Numbered from the stretch's first letter, positions 33,101 to 43,853 are shown. The stretch is 64,000 nucleotides of DNA from an uncultured delta proteobacterium (GCA_963771175.1 CAVYSY010000030.1:128001-192000), one strand, 5' to 3'. Notes: a model not told the origin generated them from the sequence alone. Translations and numbers: made by a program.

Positions 33101-33744
33101 TGAGGCAGCAGCCGGTGGACGCGGACGGGTGGACGCTCTACGCCGAGGCGCTGAAGGCCTGCGACGACGTCCCCATGGAGGTGGCGCGCGTGGACGGCTT
33201 CGGCGCGGCGCTCGTCTCCAGCACGGAGGCGGCCCCGGCGGCGACGCTCTCTCCAGTGGCGCGGCCCGAGGACTTCCGCCACCCGCTACCTCCGGACGCG
33301 GTGCCCGTCACGGGCGAGCGGATGCCTCGCCTGCACGCGGCCCTGCTGTCCACGCTGAGGGCGCTGGGGGCGAAGCACCTGCGCGTCTTCGTGGATCCGG
33401 CGGGCGGCGTGGAGGCATACCTCACGTCACCGGACGAGCTGGTGTTGGGCGCGGGCGCGCTGGCCTGCTTCGGTCTGGTGGAGCTGAGCTACCTCTGCGC
33501 GCTGGCGGTGTGCCTGGGCGCGTCTGGCGAGGCGCTGGCCCGGCCCGGTCCGGTGCCTGGCTTCGACGAGGCGGCGGTGGCGGCGTTCCGCGCGGTGCCG
33601 GCGTCGCTCGCCGCGTCGCGCGTGCTGGCGCACCTGTCGCCCGAGGTGCGCGGCTCCAACCCCGACACGGTGGATGTGGGCACGGTGCTGCGGACGAGCT
33701 CGGCGTTCCGCGCGGTGGCCCTCGCCGCCCTGGAGGTCGTGTAA
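24198..33744 (+). CDS. Giant TPR-like repeat protein (~3180 aa; frameshifts at ~28508, ~28655, ~29300, ~30228)
   Basis: Continuous Ala/Leu/Glu/Arg TPR-type helices (ALRLSPDQPDAL, ALALDPRD, ALEADPDY) across ORFs 24198, 27901, 28664, 29367 and 30010. Confidence 0.82.
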
Positions 33745-33756
33745 CCTCGCCCGCTT

Positions 33757-34374
33757 ATGCCCGCCTCTCGTTTCCTGCCCCTGCTGCTCATCCCCGTGCT
33801 CGCCCTCATCGGCGCGTGTGTGTCCGAGACGGTGTACCCGGGGGACCTCACCGTCGGCACGTTCGACTTCCAGGCCCAGGCGAACTGGTCGCGCACGGAC
33901 TGCAAGCCGGACAGCGGTGACTTCAACCAACTGGTGGATGGAGGCTTCGGCTACGCGGGCACCTTCTCGCGCGACAGCGTGGACGGCGGGGTGTGGTTCA
34001 CCATCGACGGCTTCTCGCGCAAGGGCACCTACGAGGCGGTGGCGCAGCGCTACACCACCAACCACCGGGCCGCGGCTCAAATCCCGAGCTGTGGCGAGGG
34101 CTGCGAGGGTGCGCAGATTGAAGAGACGATGACGGTGGTGGTGCTCAGTGACAGCCAGGATCGGAGCATCGGCAGCAAGTGCGCCAACCTGCCGGATGGT
34201 GGCCTGCCGGATGGCTCGGTGCCGGGCCCCACCGTCAATGGGTACGACGCCGAGAGGGCCTGCGGAGAGCTGAAGGTGGTATTCCTCCCGGGCAACAAGG
34301 ACTGCAAGTGCGTGACGTCGTGCGCGGCGGTGTACGGCGTGGAAGGGAAGCGGCGCTTCAATGACGGCAAGTAA
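33757..34374 (+). CDS. Cys-containing lipoprotein, unknown function
   Basis: Lipobox IGAC; in operon with queC. Confidence 0.75.
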   Translation: MPASRFLPLLLIPVLALIGACVSETVYPGDLTVGTFDFQAQANWSRTDCKPDSGDFNQLVDGGFGYAGTFSRDSVDGGVWFTIDGFSRKGTYEAVAQRYTTNHRAAAQIPSCGEGCEGAQIEETMTVVVLSDSQDRSIGSKCANLPDGGLPDGSVPGPTVNGYDAERACGELKVVFLPGNKDCKCVTSCAAVYGVEGKRRFNDGK

Positions 34375-35059
34375 GAAGGCGGTGGTGCTGCTGTCGGGCG
34401 GACTGGACTCCACCACCTGCCTGGCGATGGCCAAGGCGGAGGGCTTCGAGCCGGTGTGCCTGGCGGTGGCCTACGGGCAGCGGCACGCGGTGGAGCTGCA
34501 GCGGGCGCGCCGGGTGGCGGAGTCCCTGGGCGTGAAGGACTTCCGGGTGGTGACGGTGGACCTGCGGCAGGTGGGCGGCTCGGCACTGACGGCGGACATC
34601 GAGGTGCCCAAGGACCGGCCCGAGGGCGAGATGTCCCACGGCATCCCCATCACCTACGTGCCGGCGCGCAACGCGCTCTTCCTGTCGCTGGCGCTGGGGT
34701 TGGCGGAGGTGGTGGGCGCGAGCGACCTCTACATCGGCGTGAACGCGGTGGACTACAGCGGCTACCCGGACTGCCGGCCCGAGTTCATCCGGGCGTTCGA
34801 GAGCATGGCGAACCTGGCCACGAAGGCGGGGGTGGAGGGAACGCGCTTCAAGGTGCACGCGCCGCTGTCGGGGATGAGCAAGGCGGACATCATCCGCGCG
34901 GGCGTGAAGCTGGGCGTGGACTACGGGATGACGCACTCCTGCTACGACCCGGACCCCCAGGGGCGGGCGTGTGGGCGGTGCGATAGCTGCGTGCTGCGGC
35001 GCCGGGGATTCGAGCAGGCGGGGGTGCCGGATCCCACGCCCTACGTGCAGGGGGCCTGA
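34361..35059 (+). CDS. queC: 7-cyano-7-deazaguanine synthase
   Basis: [35 protein letters not shown]...CGRCDSC motifs. Confidence 0.97.
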   Translation: MTASKKAVVLLSGGLDSTTCLAMAKAEGFEPVCLAVAYGQRHAVELQRARRVAESLGVKDFRVVTVDLRQVGGSALTADIEVPKDRPEGEMSHGIPITYVPARNALFLSLALGLAEVVGASDLYIGVNAVDYSGYPDCRPEFIRAFESMANLATKAGVEGTRFKVHAPLSGMSKADIIRAGVKLGVDYGMTHSCYDPDPQGRACGRCDSCVLRRRGFEQAGVPDPTPYVQGA

Positions 35060-35060
35060 G

Positions 35061-35684
35061 ATGGCGGGACCCGCGAGCGTGGCATTGGGACTGTGGCTCG
35101 CCGCGAGTGGCGCGCCGGTGGTGGATGCCACGGAGGTGGTGAAGGACCTGGTGCTGGACATGAAGTACGCCACGCCGGACAACTTCCTGAAGCAGAAGGT
35201 GTACCCGGACGGGGCGCGCTGCCTGCTACTGCCCGAGACGGCGGAGCGGCTGGCGAAGGCGGCGGACACGCTGCGCGAGCAGGGCTACCGGCTGAAGGTG
35301 TACGACTGCTACCGGCCGATCGCCGTGCAGTGGCAGATGTGGAAGATCTTCCCGAAGCCGGGCTACGTGGCGAACCCGAAGAAGGGCGGCAACCACAACC
35401 GGGGCGCGGCGGTGGACCTGACGCTGGTGACGCCGGAGGGCGCCGAGGTGGAGATGCCCACGGCGTTCGACTCGTTCGAGAAGGCGGCTCACCACGGGTA
35501 CGCGGGAGGCACGGAGTCCTCGCGCAAGCACCGCGAGATTCTGCGTGCGGCCATGGAAGGCGCCGGCTTCAAGAAGAACCAGATGGAGTGGTGGCACTAC
35601 GACCTGCCGGGAGCGACGAAGCTCCCGGTGCTGGACGTGCCCTTCACGAAGGAGACCGAGGCTCCCAAGCCCCAGCAGCCCTGA
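35061..35684 (+). CDS. ddpX: D-Ala-D-Ala dipeptidase (M15D, VanX/DdpX family)
   Basis: YATPDNF, YDCYRP, HNRGAAVDLTL and EWWHY motifs. Confidence 0.92.
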   Translation: MAGPASVALGLWLAASGAPVVDATEVVKDLVLDMKYATPDNFLKQKVYPDGARCLLLPETAERLAKAADTLREQGYRLKVYDCYRPIAVQWQMWKIFPKPGYVANPKKGGNHNRGAAVDLTLVTPEGAEVEMPTAFDSFEKAAHHGYAGGTESSRKHREILRAAMEGAGFKKNQMEWWHYDLPGATKLPVLDVPFTKETEAPKPQQP

Positions 35685-35690
35685 CTCACC

Positions 35691-36527
35691 TCAGCGGACG
35701 AAGCGCGCCATCGGCTCGACGCTGATCTCGAACTCGGAAGCGAAGGTGGCGCCGGGAGCGACGGTGTGCAGTCCGTGGCCCGTCTTCAGCGCGCCCCCGA
35801 GGGCCGTCCAGGGCTCGACGCAGACGAAGTCACGGCCGGCGAGCGTCCACACCACCAGCGCGGTGAAGGAGGGGCTCCAGGCGAGCTCCACCGGGCGCAG
35901 GCCCTGCCCGCGCTCGAGCGTGGTGCCCTGCAGCGAGTGGTCGAGCAGGTGCATGTCCACCTCGGGCCCGCTCAGGTCCATTCCGGTGAAGGGGACGGTG
36001 GCGCCCTGGCGGTTGTCCCAGGCGCGCGAGGCATCGGTCTCGACGCTGGCGGCGGCCTTGTTCGCCTGGGGCACGTAGAAGTACGGGTGGTAGCCGAGGT
36101 GCAGCGGCATGGGTCGCGAGTCCCGGTTCTCGACGCTGAAGGAGAGGTGGAGCGCGGTGCCCACCAGCGTCACGGCGAGGAGCGCCTCGAAGCGCCAGGG
36201 AAACTCGCGCAGCGTCTGCTCCGAGTGCCCCAGCGCGAGCACCACGCGCGAGGCCTCCTGGGTGCGCACTTCCCAGGGCAGGTCACGGCCGAAGCCATGG
36301 CGGCGCATGGGGTACTCGCGGCCGTCCACGGTGTACGTGCCCCCGGGGATGACGCCGGGCGAGGGGAAGAGCACGGGGATGCCGCCGCGCACATTCTTGG
36401 TGGGGTCGGCGAGGGTGCTCTCATCGAGGAAGAGGATGGGCTCGCCCTCGACAGTGAAGCGGGTGACGAGCGCGCCCCGCTCGGGGACGACCTCGGCGCG
36501 AGAGGCGCCATCCGTGAGCACCACCAT
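35691..36527 (-). CDS. Aldose 1-epimerase / galactose mutarotase-like protein
   Basis: RGGIPVLFP, HGFGR, GYHPYF and FVCVEPW motifs; GGAGG RBS. Confidence 0.9.
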   Translation of the reverse strand: MVVLTDGASRAEVVPERGALVTRFTVEGEPILFLDESTLADPTKNVRGGIPVLFPSPGVIPGGTYTVDGREYPMRRHGFGRDLPWEVRTQEASRVVLALGHSEQTLREFPWRFEALLAVTLVGTALHLSFSVENRDSRPMPLHLGYHPYFYVPQANKAAASVETDASRAWDNRQGATVPFTGMDLSGPEVDMHLLDHSLQGTTLERGQGLRPVELAWSPSFTALVVWTLAGRDFVCVEPWTALGGALKTGHGLHTVAPGATFASEFEISVEPMARFVR

Positions 36528-36637
36528 GTTCGCCTCCCGGGCATGCCCACGCCGGACGTGGCGTGGCTGCCGGGCTTGTAGCAGAGGGGGTCTACGGACG
36601 CTTCGGGAAGAGGTGCCCGTGTCGTTTTCCATGCTTC

Positions 36638-37075
36638 TCAATGGTGCACCGCGAGAACGCGGCCCTGCCCGTCAATGGCATATACCGCTCCTCCGTCGAG
36701 AACGATCCTCTCGGGGGCGCATTTCGGCAACCCATCTGGGGAGAAGCGGATGAAGAAGAGGTTGTCATCCACTTGCAGGATCGAGGTGGTGAACGTCTCC
36801 CAGCGCGAGAGGCACTGCGCCACCAGGTCTTTCTCGCTCGCGGGATTGGTGCCTGGAGGAATGAACTCGTTCCGTGCTGTCTCGAGCGCCTTCATCATGG
36901 GGCCCGAGAGCCGGGTGCTTCCCTCGAACGAATTCGGGAACTTGATCCTTTCGGACTCCTCTGGTGGTGCCCAGTCCGCTTTCTGGTGTTTGTAATATCC
37001 AAAGTAGGCGCCAAGGTTTGCGCACCCCGGCAGAGTGATGAGGAGGAAGAGAAGGGCGGGGCGAAGTGGTTTCAT
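36638..37075 (-). CDS. Myxobacterial lipoprotein of unknown function
   Basis: Lipobox LPGC; C-terminal LDGGAVYAIDGQGRVLA; more AT-rich than its neighbours. Confidence 0.75.
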   Translation of the reverse strand: MKPLRPALLFLLITLPGCANLGAYFGYYKHQKADWAPPEESERIKFPNSFEGSTRLSGPMMKALETARNEFIPPGTNPASEKDLVAQCLSRWETFTTSILQVDDNLFFIRFSPDGLPKCAPERIVLDGGAVYAIDGQGRVLAVHH

Positions 37076-37160
37076 GGTGCTCACCAGTGGAAGTCAGGGC
37101 AACACATCCATGGGGAAGATTCTGCATATGTATGCGAACTCCTCACCCCGTCTCCCCTCA

Positions 37161-37965
37161 TCAGGCGGCCGGGTCATGGGTATGGAAGGTCGCCACCACG
37201 GCGTTGTGGTCGGTGGCGCCGGCCCACGTCCACTACCTGGGCGCTGATGAGCCGCTCGGCCATGCGAGGGGAGGCGTAGATGTAGTCCGTCCGGTAGTCG
37301 ATCCTCACGCCACCCCGGTCGCGCCGAGCGGTCACCCACTCGGGCGAGGCGGGGCGGTGGCGCAGGGTGTCCACCCAACCGAAGGACTCCAGGTCGTCGA
37401 TGACATCGAAGCGCGGCGGGTGGCCGTATTTGTCCACGCCCGCCATGCGCACCTTGTCCGCGAGGTCGACGGGGTAGGGGTCCATCCGGGAGAGGGAGTT
37501 GAGGTCTCCGGCCAGCAGGTACAGGCCCTCGCGGAAGGCGTCGGGGCTCAGCAGTGAGCGCAGGTAGCGCGCCTCGACGAACCGGAGGTTCTCGTGGTGC
37601 GCGTCGTAGTGCGTCCCGAAGAAGGTGAGCGGGCCACCGGCGTCGAGCTCGCACTGGACGAGGGCGTGCCCGATGAAGTGCGGGTCGTTGTGCACGCGAA
37701 TGTCGCGCAACGGCAGCCGGCTGAGGACGGACACGTGGTAGCAGCTGCCGCTGCCTCGCGGGCGGGCGGAGCCCAGGTGGGCGTGGATGGTGCCGTCGGG
37801 TCCCAGCGCGGCGGCGACGCGGCGCAGACGCTCGCCATCTTCCCAGCCCAGGCACTCCTGGAGGACGAGCAGGTCCGGGCTCTCCCGCGCCAGGAGGGTG
37901 AGCAGGGCCTCGAAACGGTCTTGCCCTCCAAAGAGGACGTTGAGCGTCATCACCTTCAGGGACAT
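37161..37965 (-). CDS. Endonuclease/exonuclease/phosphatase family protein (frameshift at ~37223)
   Basis: VMTLNV, PDLLVLQE, LAGDLN and RTDYIY; removing one G restores ATDHNAVVATF. Confidence 0.88.
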
Positions 37966-38726
37966 GGAGCACCCATTCGCCGCACGCGGATGAGCTCGCC
38001 CACGATGGAGACGGCGATCTCCCCCGGTGTCAGCGCGCCGATGTCCATGCCCATGGGGGAGCGCATGCGAGCCACGGCGGCCTCGTCGAAGCCCGCGGCG
38101 CGCAGCCGCATCCGGAAGCGCTCGGCCTTGCGCCGACTGCCAATCACTCCCAGGTACGCCGAGGGCTTGTTCACCAGCGCCTCCACCACCGCCTGGTCCA
38201 GCGGGTGGTCGTGCGTGGTGACGCAGTAGTACTGGTCCGCTCCACCGGCCAGCTCGCGCGCGTGGTCCGCCGGGTCCCTCACCCGCAGCTCGACGTCGGG
38301 GAAGCGCTCGGGGTTGGCCCACTCGGGCCGGGCGTCCACCACGGTGACGCGGAAGCCCACCCGGTGCGCCAGCGCGGCCAACTCCTTCGCCACGTGCCCC
38401 GCGCCGAAGATGGTGAGCCGCGGCGGTGCCCCGTGCTTCTCCAGGAACACCTTCATCCGCCCCCCACAGCACATGCCCAGCTCGTGCGTGAGGTGCGTCT
38501 CGATGACGCGCGTCCCTTCCTCCGAGGCCAGCAGCGCCCGCGAGGCCTGGATGATCTGCTGCTCGATGGCCCCGCCGCCCACGGTGCCTCGCAGGCTCCC
38601 GTCACCGAGCACCACCAGCTTCGAGCCCGGCTTCTGGGGCGTGCTGCCGGCGCTCTCGATGACGGTCGCGAGCACGAACGGACGGCCCTCCGCGACGAGG
38701 GCCGCCATCTCCGCGTACAGGTCCAT
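37956..38726 (-). CDS. xdhC: Xanthine dehydrogenase accessory protein
   Basis: GSTPQKPG, GTVGGGAIE, LGMCCGG, FGAGHVA, THDHPLD, YLGVIGS and EIAVSI motifs. Confidence 0.92.
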   Translation of the reverse strand: MDLYAEMAALVAEGRPFVLATVIESAGSTPQKPGSKLVVLGDGSLRGTVGGGAIEQQIIQASRALLASEEGTRVIETHLTHELGMCCGGRMKVFLEKHGAPPRLTIFGAGHVAKELAALAHRVGFRVTVVDARPEWANPERFPDVELRVRDPADHARELAGGADQYYCVTTHDHPLDQAVVEALVNKPSAYLGVIGSRRKAERFRMRLRAAGFDEAAVARMRSPMGMDIGALTPGEIAVSIVGELIRVRRMGAPCP

Positions 38727-38758
38727 GACGGGAGGCAAGTGTCTACCCCCTCCCCGGC

Positions 38759-39797
38759 CTACCCGAAGAAGACCTGCGCGACCTTGAAGAACTCCTGGGG
38801 CACCTTCTTGAGCTCACGGGTGGCCTCCGACAGGTCCACGCTGACGATCTCATTGCCCCGCAGCGCGGCCATCTTGCCGAACTCGCTCCGGGCGACCATG
38901 TCGCATGCGTGGACGCCGAAGCGCGTGGCCAGCACGCGGTCGTGCGCGGTGGGCGCGCCGCCGCGCTGGATGTGGCCCAGCACCGATACGCGCGTCTCGT
39001 AGCCCGTGCGCTTCTCAATCTCGTTCGCCACGATGCTGCCCACACCGCCCAGGCGCGGCCGGCCCGCCTCGTCCAGCGAGCCCGAGGTGACGAGCTGCTC
39101 CTGCTGGTCGTGCGACAGCTTGATGCGCGTGCCCTCGGCCACCACCACGATGGAGAAGGTGCGCCCGGTGGAGTGCCGGTGCTTGATGTGCTCGGCCACC
39201 GCCTCCAGGTCCGCGGGGACCTCGGGCACGAGAATCACGTCCGCGCCGCCGGCCATGCCCGCGTAGGTGGCGATCCACCCCACGTGCCGCCCCATCACCT
39301 CGCACACGATGACGCGCTTGTGCGACTCGGCGGTGGAGTGCAGCCGGTCGATGGCCTCGGTGGCGATGGTCACCGCGGTGTCGAAGCCGAAGGTGAAGTC
39401 CGTGCCGTTGAGGTCGTTGTCGATCGTCTTCGGCACGCCGACGATGCGCAGACCCTCCTGGGCCATGCGCGTGGCGGCGGAGAGCGTGCCCTCACCGCCG
39501 ATGGCGATGATGGCGTGGATGTCGTTGCGCTCGATGGCCCGCTTCACCTTCTCCAGCCCGTTCTCGACCTTGAACGGGTTGACGCGGGAGGTGCCGAGGA
39601 TGGTGCCTCCGCGGTGGAGGATGCCGGAGGTGGTCTCGCGCGTGAGGCGGAAGTGGTTGTCCTCCAGGAGGCCCTTCCACCCGTCGCGCAGGCCCATCAT
39701 TCTCGAATCCGTGAGCGCTGGCCCGGCGCACGATGGCGCGGATGACTGCATTGAGGCCGGGGCAGTCGCCCCCGCCAGTAAGAACGGCGACTTTCAT
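38759..39797 (-). CDS. pfkA: 6-phosphofructokinase (frameshift at ~39701)
   Basis: LTGGGDCPGLNAVIR, GGTILGTSR, PKTIDND, EVMGRHVGW and LGHIQRGG; one extra A in gagaatgatg. Confidence 0.93.
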
Positions 39798-40050
39798 GAG
39801 GTGCCCTTCTAACGCACCTCGGGGTCGAGTCATGCCGGAAGTTGGTCCAGATCGCCCGCCAGCAACGGTGACGGTCAGCCCGGGAGGTTGCTCGGTGGGA
39901 AAGGCGAGCGGGCGGGCACGGCCTTCAGGGTTGGGGGACCCTACCCGGCTCGCGGGTTCCTCCAGGCCCGATGCAATAGGTCACACCTTGCTTTGTCGAG
40001 GAGAGTGCTTTCGTTATGCTGGAGTTCCCCCGTCCCGCTTTGGTCCTGCC

Positions 40051-40791
40051 TTGAACGTTCGCGTCTTCGCCACCGAGCAGGAAGCCGCCGCCGCCTGTGC
40101 GGCCCACGTCGCCGCGGCCATCCAAGAGAAGCCCGAGCTGGTGCTCGGCCTGCCCACGGGCCGCACCCCGCTCAACGTGTACCGGGAATTGGTGGCCCTG
40201 CATCGACGCGGTGCGTTGGACCTCTCGCGGGTGACCACCTTCAACCTGGACGAGTTCCTCGGCCTGCCGCCTGACGATCCGGGCAGCTTCCGGGCGTACA
40301 TGGAGCGGCACCTCTTCCAGCACATCAACCTGTCACCCGAGCGCATCCACTTCTTCGATGGGAGCGCGGAGCGGGCCGAGCGGGAGTGCGCCCGCTATGA
40401 CGCACAGCTCGCGGCCGCGGGCGGGTTGGACCTGCTGCTGCTGGGCGTTGGGCCCAACGGGCATGTGGCCTTCAACGAGCCGGGCGAGAGCCTGCAGGCG
40501 GCCAGCCACCGGGCTCGCCTCACGCGGGAGACGCGCCAGGCGGTGGCCTCCTTCTTCGGTGACGACGTGTCGCGGGTGCCGCTGGCGGCGCTCACGATGG
40601 GCATGGGCGCGCTGCTCCAGGCGCGCCGCATCATCGTCCTGGCCTTTGGAGCGCGCAAGGCGGCGGCGGTGACGGCCATGGTGCGCGGCCCCCTCACCAC
40701 GCTCTGCCCGGCCTCCTTCCTCCAGCTCCACCGGGACGTGGAGGTCTGGGTGGACACGGCGGCCGGGCGCGGCCTGGAGACGTCCCTCTAG
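40051..40791 (+). CDS. nagB: Glucosamine-6-phosphate deaminase
   Basis: LGLPTGRTP, TFNLDEF, GVGPNGHVAFNEPG and PASFLQLH motifs; TTG start inferred. Confidence 0.93.
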   Translation: MNVRVFATEQEAAAACAAHVAAAIQEKPELVLGLPTGRTPLNVYRELVALHRRGALDLSRVTTFNLDEFLGLPPDDPGSFRAYMERHLFQHINLSPERIHFFDGSAERAERECARYDAQLAAAGGLDLLLLGVGPNGHVAFNEPGESLQAASHRARLTRETRQAVASFFGDDVSRVPLAALTMGMGALLQARRIIVLAFGARKAAAVTAMVRGPLTTLCPASFLQLHRDVEVWVDTAAGRGLETSL

Positions 40792-42461
40792 TACGGCACG
40801 CCGCCGGCCACGGACGAGGCGTGGCGCTCGCGCACGAGCCGCAGCAGGCCGAGGAACTCGGCGCGGTCGCTCATCCCGTCCACGGCCCCCTCGGCGAGCG
40901 CCTCGGCGGTGGCGAGGCTCCAGTCGCCGGCCTGGGGCGCCCCGCGCAGGATGTCCGCGGTGCCGGCCACGGCGGTGGCGAAGCGCAGGTCCGCGGAGGC
41001 CTGCTTCAGCGAGCCATGGAGCCGGGCCTTCTCCAGGGAGAAGCTCTGCTCGGCTGCCTCCACCCCGCCGGGCCGCTTGGCTCGCACGCGCACGGTGGCC
41101 ACGAGCGAGCCCTCGCCAGCGAGCTCCACCTCGTAGAGGGCGGTGACGGTGTGGCCGGCACCAATCTCGCCCGCGTCCACCTTGTCGTTGCGGAAGTCCT
41201 TGTCGGCGATGTCGCGGTTCTCGTAGCCCAGCAGCCGGTAGCCGCGCACGGCCTTGGGGTCGAACTCCACCTGCACCTTCACGTCCTGGGCGATGACCTC
41301 CAGCGTGCCGGCGAGCCGCTCCTGGAAGACGCGGCGGGCCTCGCGCTCGCTGTCGATGTAGAAGCAGTTGCCGTTGCCCTTGTTGGCCAGCCGCTCCATC
41401 AGGTCATCGCGGTAGTTGCCCATGCCCAGGCCGATGGTGGTCAGGGTGACGCCCTCCTGCACGTAGCCCTGGACGCTCTCGAGCATGGCATCGGCGGTGA
41501 GGTTGCGGCCGAGGTTGGTGTCGCCATCCGTGAGGACGACGACGCGGGAGACGCTCTTGGGGCCGGCCTTCCTGGCGGCGTACTTGTAGGCGAGCTCCAG
41601 GCCATCGCCCATGGCGGTGCCGCCGCCGGAGGTGAGCGAGTCGATGGCGGCGAAGACGGTGTCACGCTGGGTGGCGGGAGTGGGGGACAGCACGTCGCGC
41701 ACGCTGCCGGCGTAGGTGACGAGCGCCACGGTGTCCTCCTCGTTGAGGCCGTCCACCATCAGCTTCATGGCCTTCTGGGCGAGCGGCAGCTTGTCCTCGC
41801 TGCTCATCGAGCCGCTGGTGTCCACCAGGAAGACGAGGTGCGTGGGCTTGCGCTGGCTCTTGGAGACGTTGCGGCCCTGGAGGCCCACCTTGAGGATGTG
41901 CCGGCCCTGGGTGAAGGGAGAGGGGGCGCCCTCGAGCTCCACCCGGAAGTCCCCCGTCTCGGGGCCGGGGTAGCGGTAGCGGAAGTAGTTCACCCACTCC
42001 TCCACGCGCACGGACTCACGCGGGGGCAGGCGGCCCTCGGAGACGGTGCGGCGGAAGAGGGTGTAGGAGGCGGTGTCCACGTCCACCGCGAAGGTGGAGA
42101 AGCGATCCTCGGTGGTGTGCGTGAAGGGGTTGGGACGCTCGGCGACGTGGGTGTTGCCGGTGGTGACGGGCTCGGCGGGCGCGGCGGCCCGCATGGGCTG
42201 GGCCTTCATCATGGCGATGGAGCCGGTCGGCGCGGGGGGCGGCGGAGGCGTGGTCGGGTACGACTCGCCCTCCTCGTCGTTTGTCCCGAAGGTCTTGAAC
42301 GACTTGACCCGCCCCGAGCTCTCCACGCCAGCGAGCGCGTCCGCGTTCGCGCCGAAGAGCCTGCGGACGTTGTTGCCGAAGAGGGAGAAGACCACCAGCA
42401 GGGCGACGACGAGGCCCCCGGCGACGAGGGCGAGGGTCGAGAGGCTCGGAGATCGTTTCAT
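40788..42461 (-). CDS. Membrane-anchored von Willebrand factor A domain protein (YfbK-like)
   Basis: STFAVDVDTASY, VRVEEWVNYF, DTSGSM (MIDAS), LTDGD, GYENR and DAGEIGAGH motifs. Confidence 0.9.
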   Translation of the reverse strand: MKRSPSLSTLALVAGGLVVALLVVFSLFGNNVRRLFGANADALAGVESSGRVKSFKTFGTNDEEGESYPTTPPPPPAPTGSIAMMKAQPMRAAAPAEPVTTGNTHVAERPNPFTHTTEDRFSTFAVDVDTASYTLFRRTVSEGRLPPRESVRVEEWVNYFRYRYPGPETGDFRVELEGAPSPFTQGRHILKVGLQGRNVSKSQRKPTHLVFLVDTSGSMSSEDKLPLAQKAMKLMVDGLNEEDTVALVTYAGSVRDVLSPTPATQRDTVFAAIDSLTSGGGTAMGDGLELAYKYAARKAGPKSVSRVVVLTDGDTNLGRNLTADAMLESVQGYVQEGVTLTTIGLGMGNYRDDLMERLANKGNGNCFYIDSEREARRVFQERLAGTLEVIAQDVKVQVEFDPKAVRGYRLLGYENRDIADKDFRNDKVDAGEIGAGHTVTALYEVELAGEGSLVATVRVRAKRPGGVEAAEQSFSLEKARLHGSLKQASADLRFATAVAGTADILRGAPQAGDWSLATAEALAEGAVDGMSDRAEFLGLLRLVRERHASSVAGGVPY

Positions 42462-42519
42462 GCGTGCGGGAGTCGCACGCTTTCCAGGGTCCGCGCGTCC
42501 GTCATCCGGAGGAGGTCGG

Positions 42520-43203
42520 TCATCCGGCGGAGGGTCGGTCAACGGGGGGATGGCGGGGGGTGGAGACGACGGGGCGGGCGTGGCGCTTGGGGGAGGGCGC
42601 GGGCTTCGCGGGCCGGGGCGGAGGGCGGGGCCGGGTGCGCTCGTAGGCGGTGAGCACCTTGTCCACGTAGTACTCCGTCTCTCCGTTGCGGGGCACGCGG
42701 CCGTCCACGTTGCCGGGGCCGGCGTTGTAGGCGGCCACCGCGAGCTTCACGTTGCCGCGGAAGCGCGCGAGCTGCTCGGCGAGGTAGCGCGCGCTGCCGT
42801 CGATCGCGGGCGCCGGGTCGAAGGGGTCCTCCACCCGGAGCAGACTCGCGGTGGAGGGCATGAGCTGGCCGGGGCCCATGGCGCCCGCGGGCGAGATGCG
42901 GTGCGGCTGGGTGTTGGACTCCACCTCCACGAGCGCCTCCAGCAGGCCGGGGGGGAGGCGGTGGCGGCGCTCGGTGTCGCGGATGAGGGGCTCGAGCTTC
43001 GGGTGGCCGTCGAGCAGGCAGGCGGGCCGGTGGCGCGCGTAGGCGGCCAGGGCGTGCGCCTTGGACTCTAGGAAGGACAGGGAGAGGGGAGACACCCGGG
43101 TGTTGCCGAAGAAGGCCACCGCGAGGTTGAGCAGCACGAGCGGGGCCAGGACGCATAGTCCCAGCCGTACCCAAGGAAGGCCCCTGTCCCGTCTCCGCCG
43201 CAC
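42520..43203 (-). CDS. Lytic transglycosylase (SLT domain)
   Basis: VES, SPAGAMGPGQLMP, AAYNAGPG and ETEYYV motifs. Confidence 0.9.
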   Translation of the reverse strand: MRRRRDRGLPWVRLGLCVLAPLVLLNLAVAFFGNTRVSPLSLSFLESKAHALAAYARHRPACLLDGHPKLEPLIRDTERRHRLPPGLLEALVEVESNTQPHRISPAGAMGPGQLMPSTASLLRVEDPFDPAPAIDGSARYLAEQLARFRGNVKLAVAAYNAGPGNVDGRVPRNGETEYYVDKVLTAYERTRPRPPPRPAKPAPSPKRHARPVVSTPRHPPVDRPSAG

Positions 43204-43352
43204 GGTCTCCTTCCTTACGGGCGGCCGGGCTCCCCGTCCAACTTCCGGCGAGCGGATGGCGGCCCCGGATGGCCGTTATTCTCATGACCAGGTGGTCATT
43301 ATTTCATGCGGGGCACCGGAGGGCCTGGGGGTCCCGTGAAGGAGAGCGGGAG

Positions 43353-43853
43353 ATGCTTGGTATTCCACTGGGCCTGGCGTACTCGAACTTCGGTGAGTGG
43401 TTGCTGCACCGGTACGTGCTGCACGGGTTGGGCAAGAGGCAGAAGAGCTTCTGGAGCTTCCACTGGCACGAGCACCACCAGCGCTCGCGCCGCCACGAGA
43501 TGGTGGACGAGCAGTACAGGAGCCCGCTGTGGCGCTGGGAGCCGCAGAGCAAGGAGCTGTTGGGGCTGGCGGCCATCGCGGTGGGGCACATCCCGCTGCT
43601 GAAGTGGGCGCCGTGGTTCGTGGCCTCGGTGTGGGCCTCGACGGTGCTGTACTACGTGGTGCACCGGCGGGCGCACCTGGACCCGGAGTGGGCGCGCGAG
43701 CACCTGCCGTGGCACTACGACCACCACATGGGGCGTGACCAGAACGCGAACTGGTGCGTGACGTATCCGCTCTTCGACTACGTGATGGGCACGCGCAAGA
43801 AGTACCTGGGCACGCCCGCGATGGCCGAGGCGTCCGTCGCCGTCGCTCAGTGA
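43353..43853 (+). CDS. Sterol desaturase / fatty-acid hydroxylase family membrane protein
   Basis: His boxes HRYVLH, HWHEHH, HRRAH and HYDHH. Confidence 0.8.
   Translation: MLGIPLGLAYSNFGEWLLHRYVLHGLGKRQKSFWSFHWHEHHQRSRRHEMVDEQYRSPLWRWEPQSKELLGLAAIAVGHIPLLKWAPWFVASVWASTVLYYVVHRRAHLDPEWAREHLPWHYDHHMGRDQNANWCVTYPLFDYVMGTRKKYLGTPAMAEASVAVAQ

Noticed and set aside
34361..35059. queC as part of a Dpd/QatC-type DNA-modification or defence system
   Set aside because: Canonical length and motifs in a housekeeping context with no dpd or qat partners.
38759..39797. pfkA as a pseudogene or programmed frameshift
   Set aside because: Single duplicated base, no slippery motif, all catalytic motifs intact; same error pattern as elsewhere.
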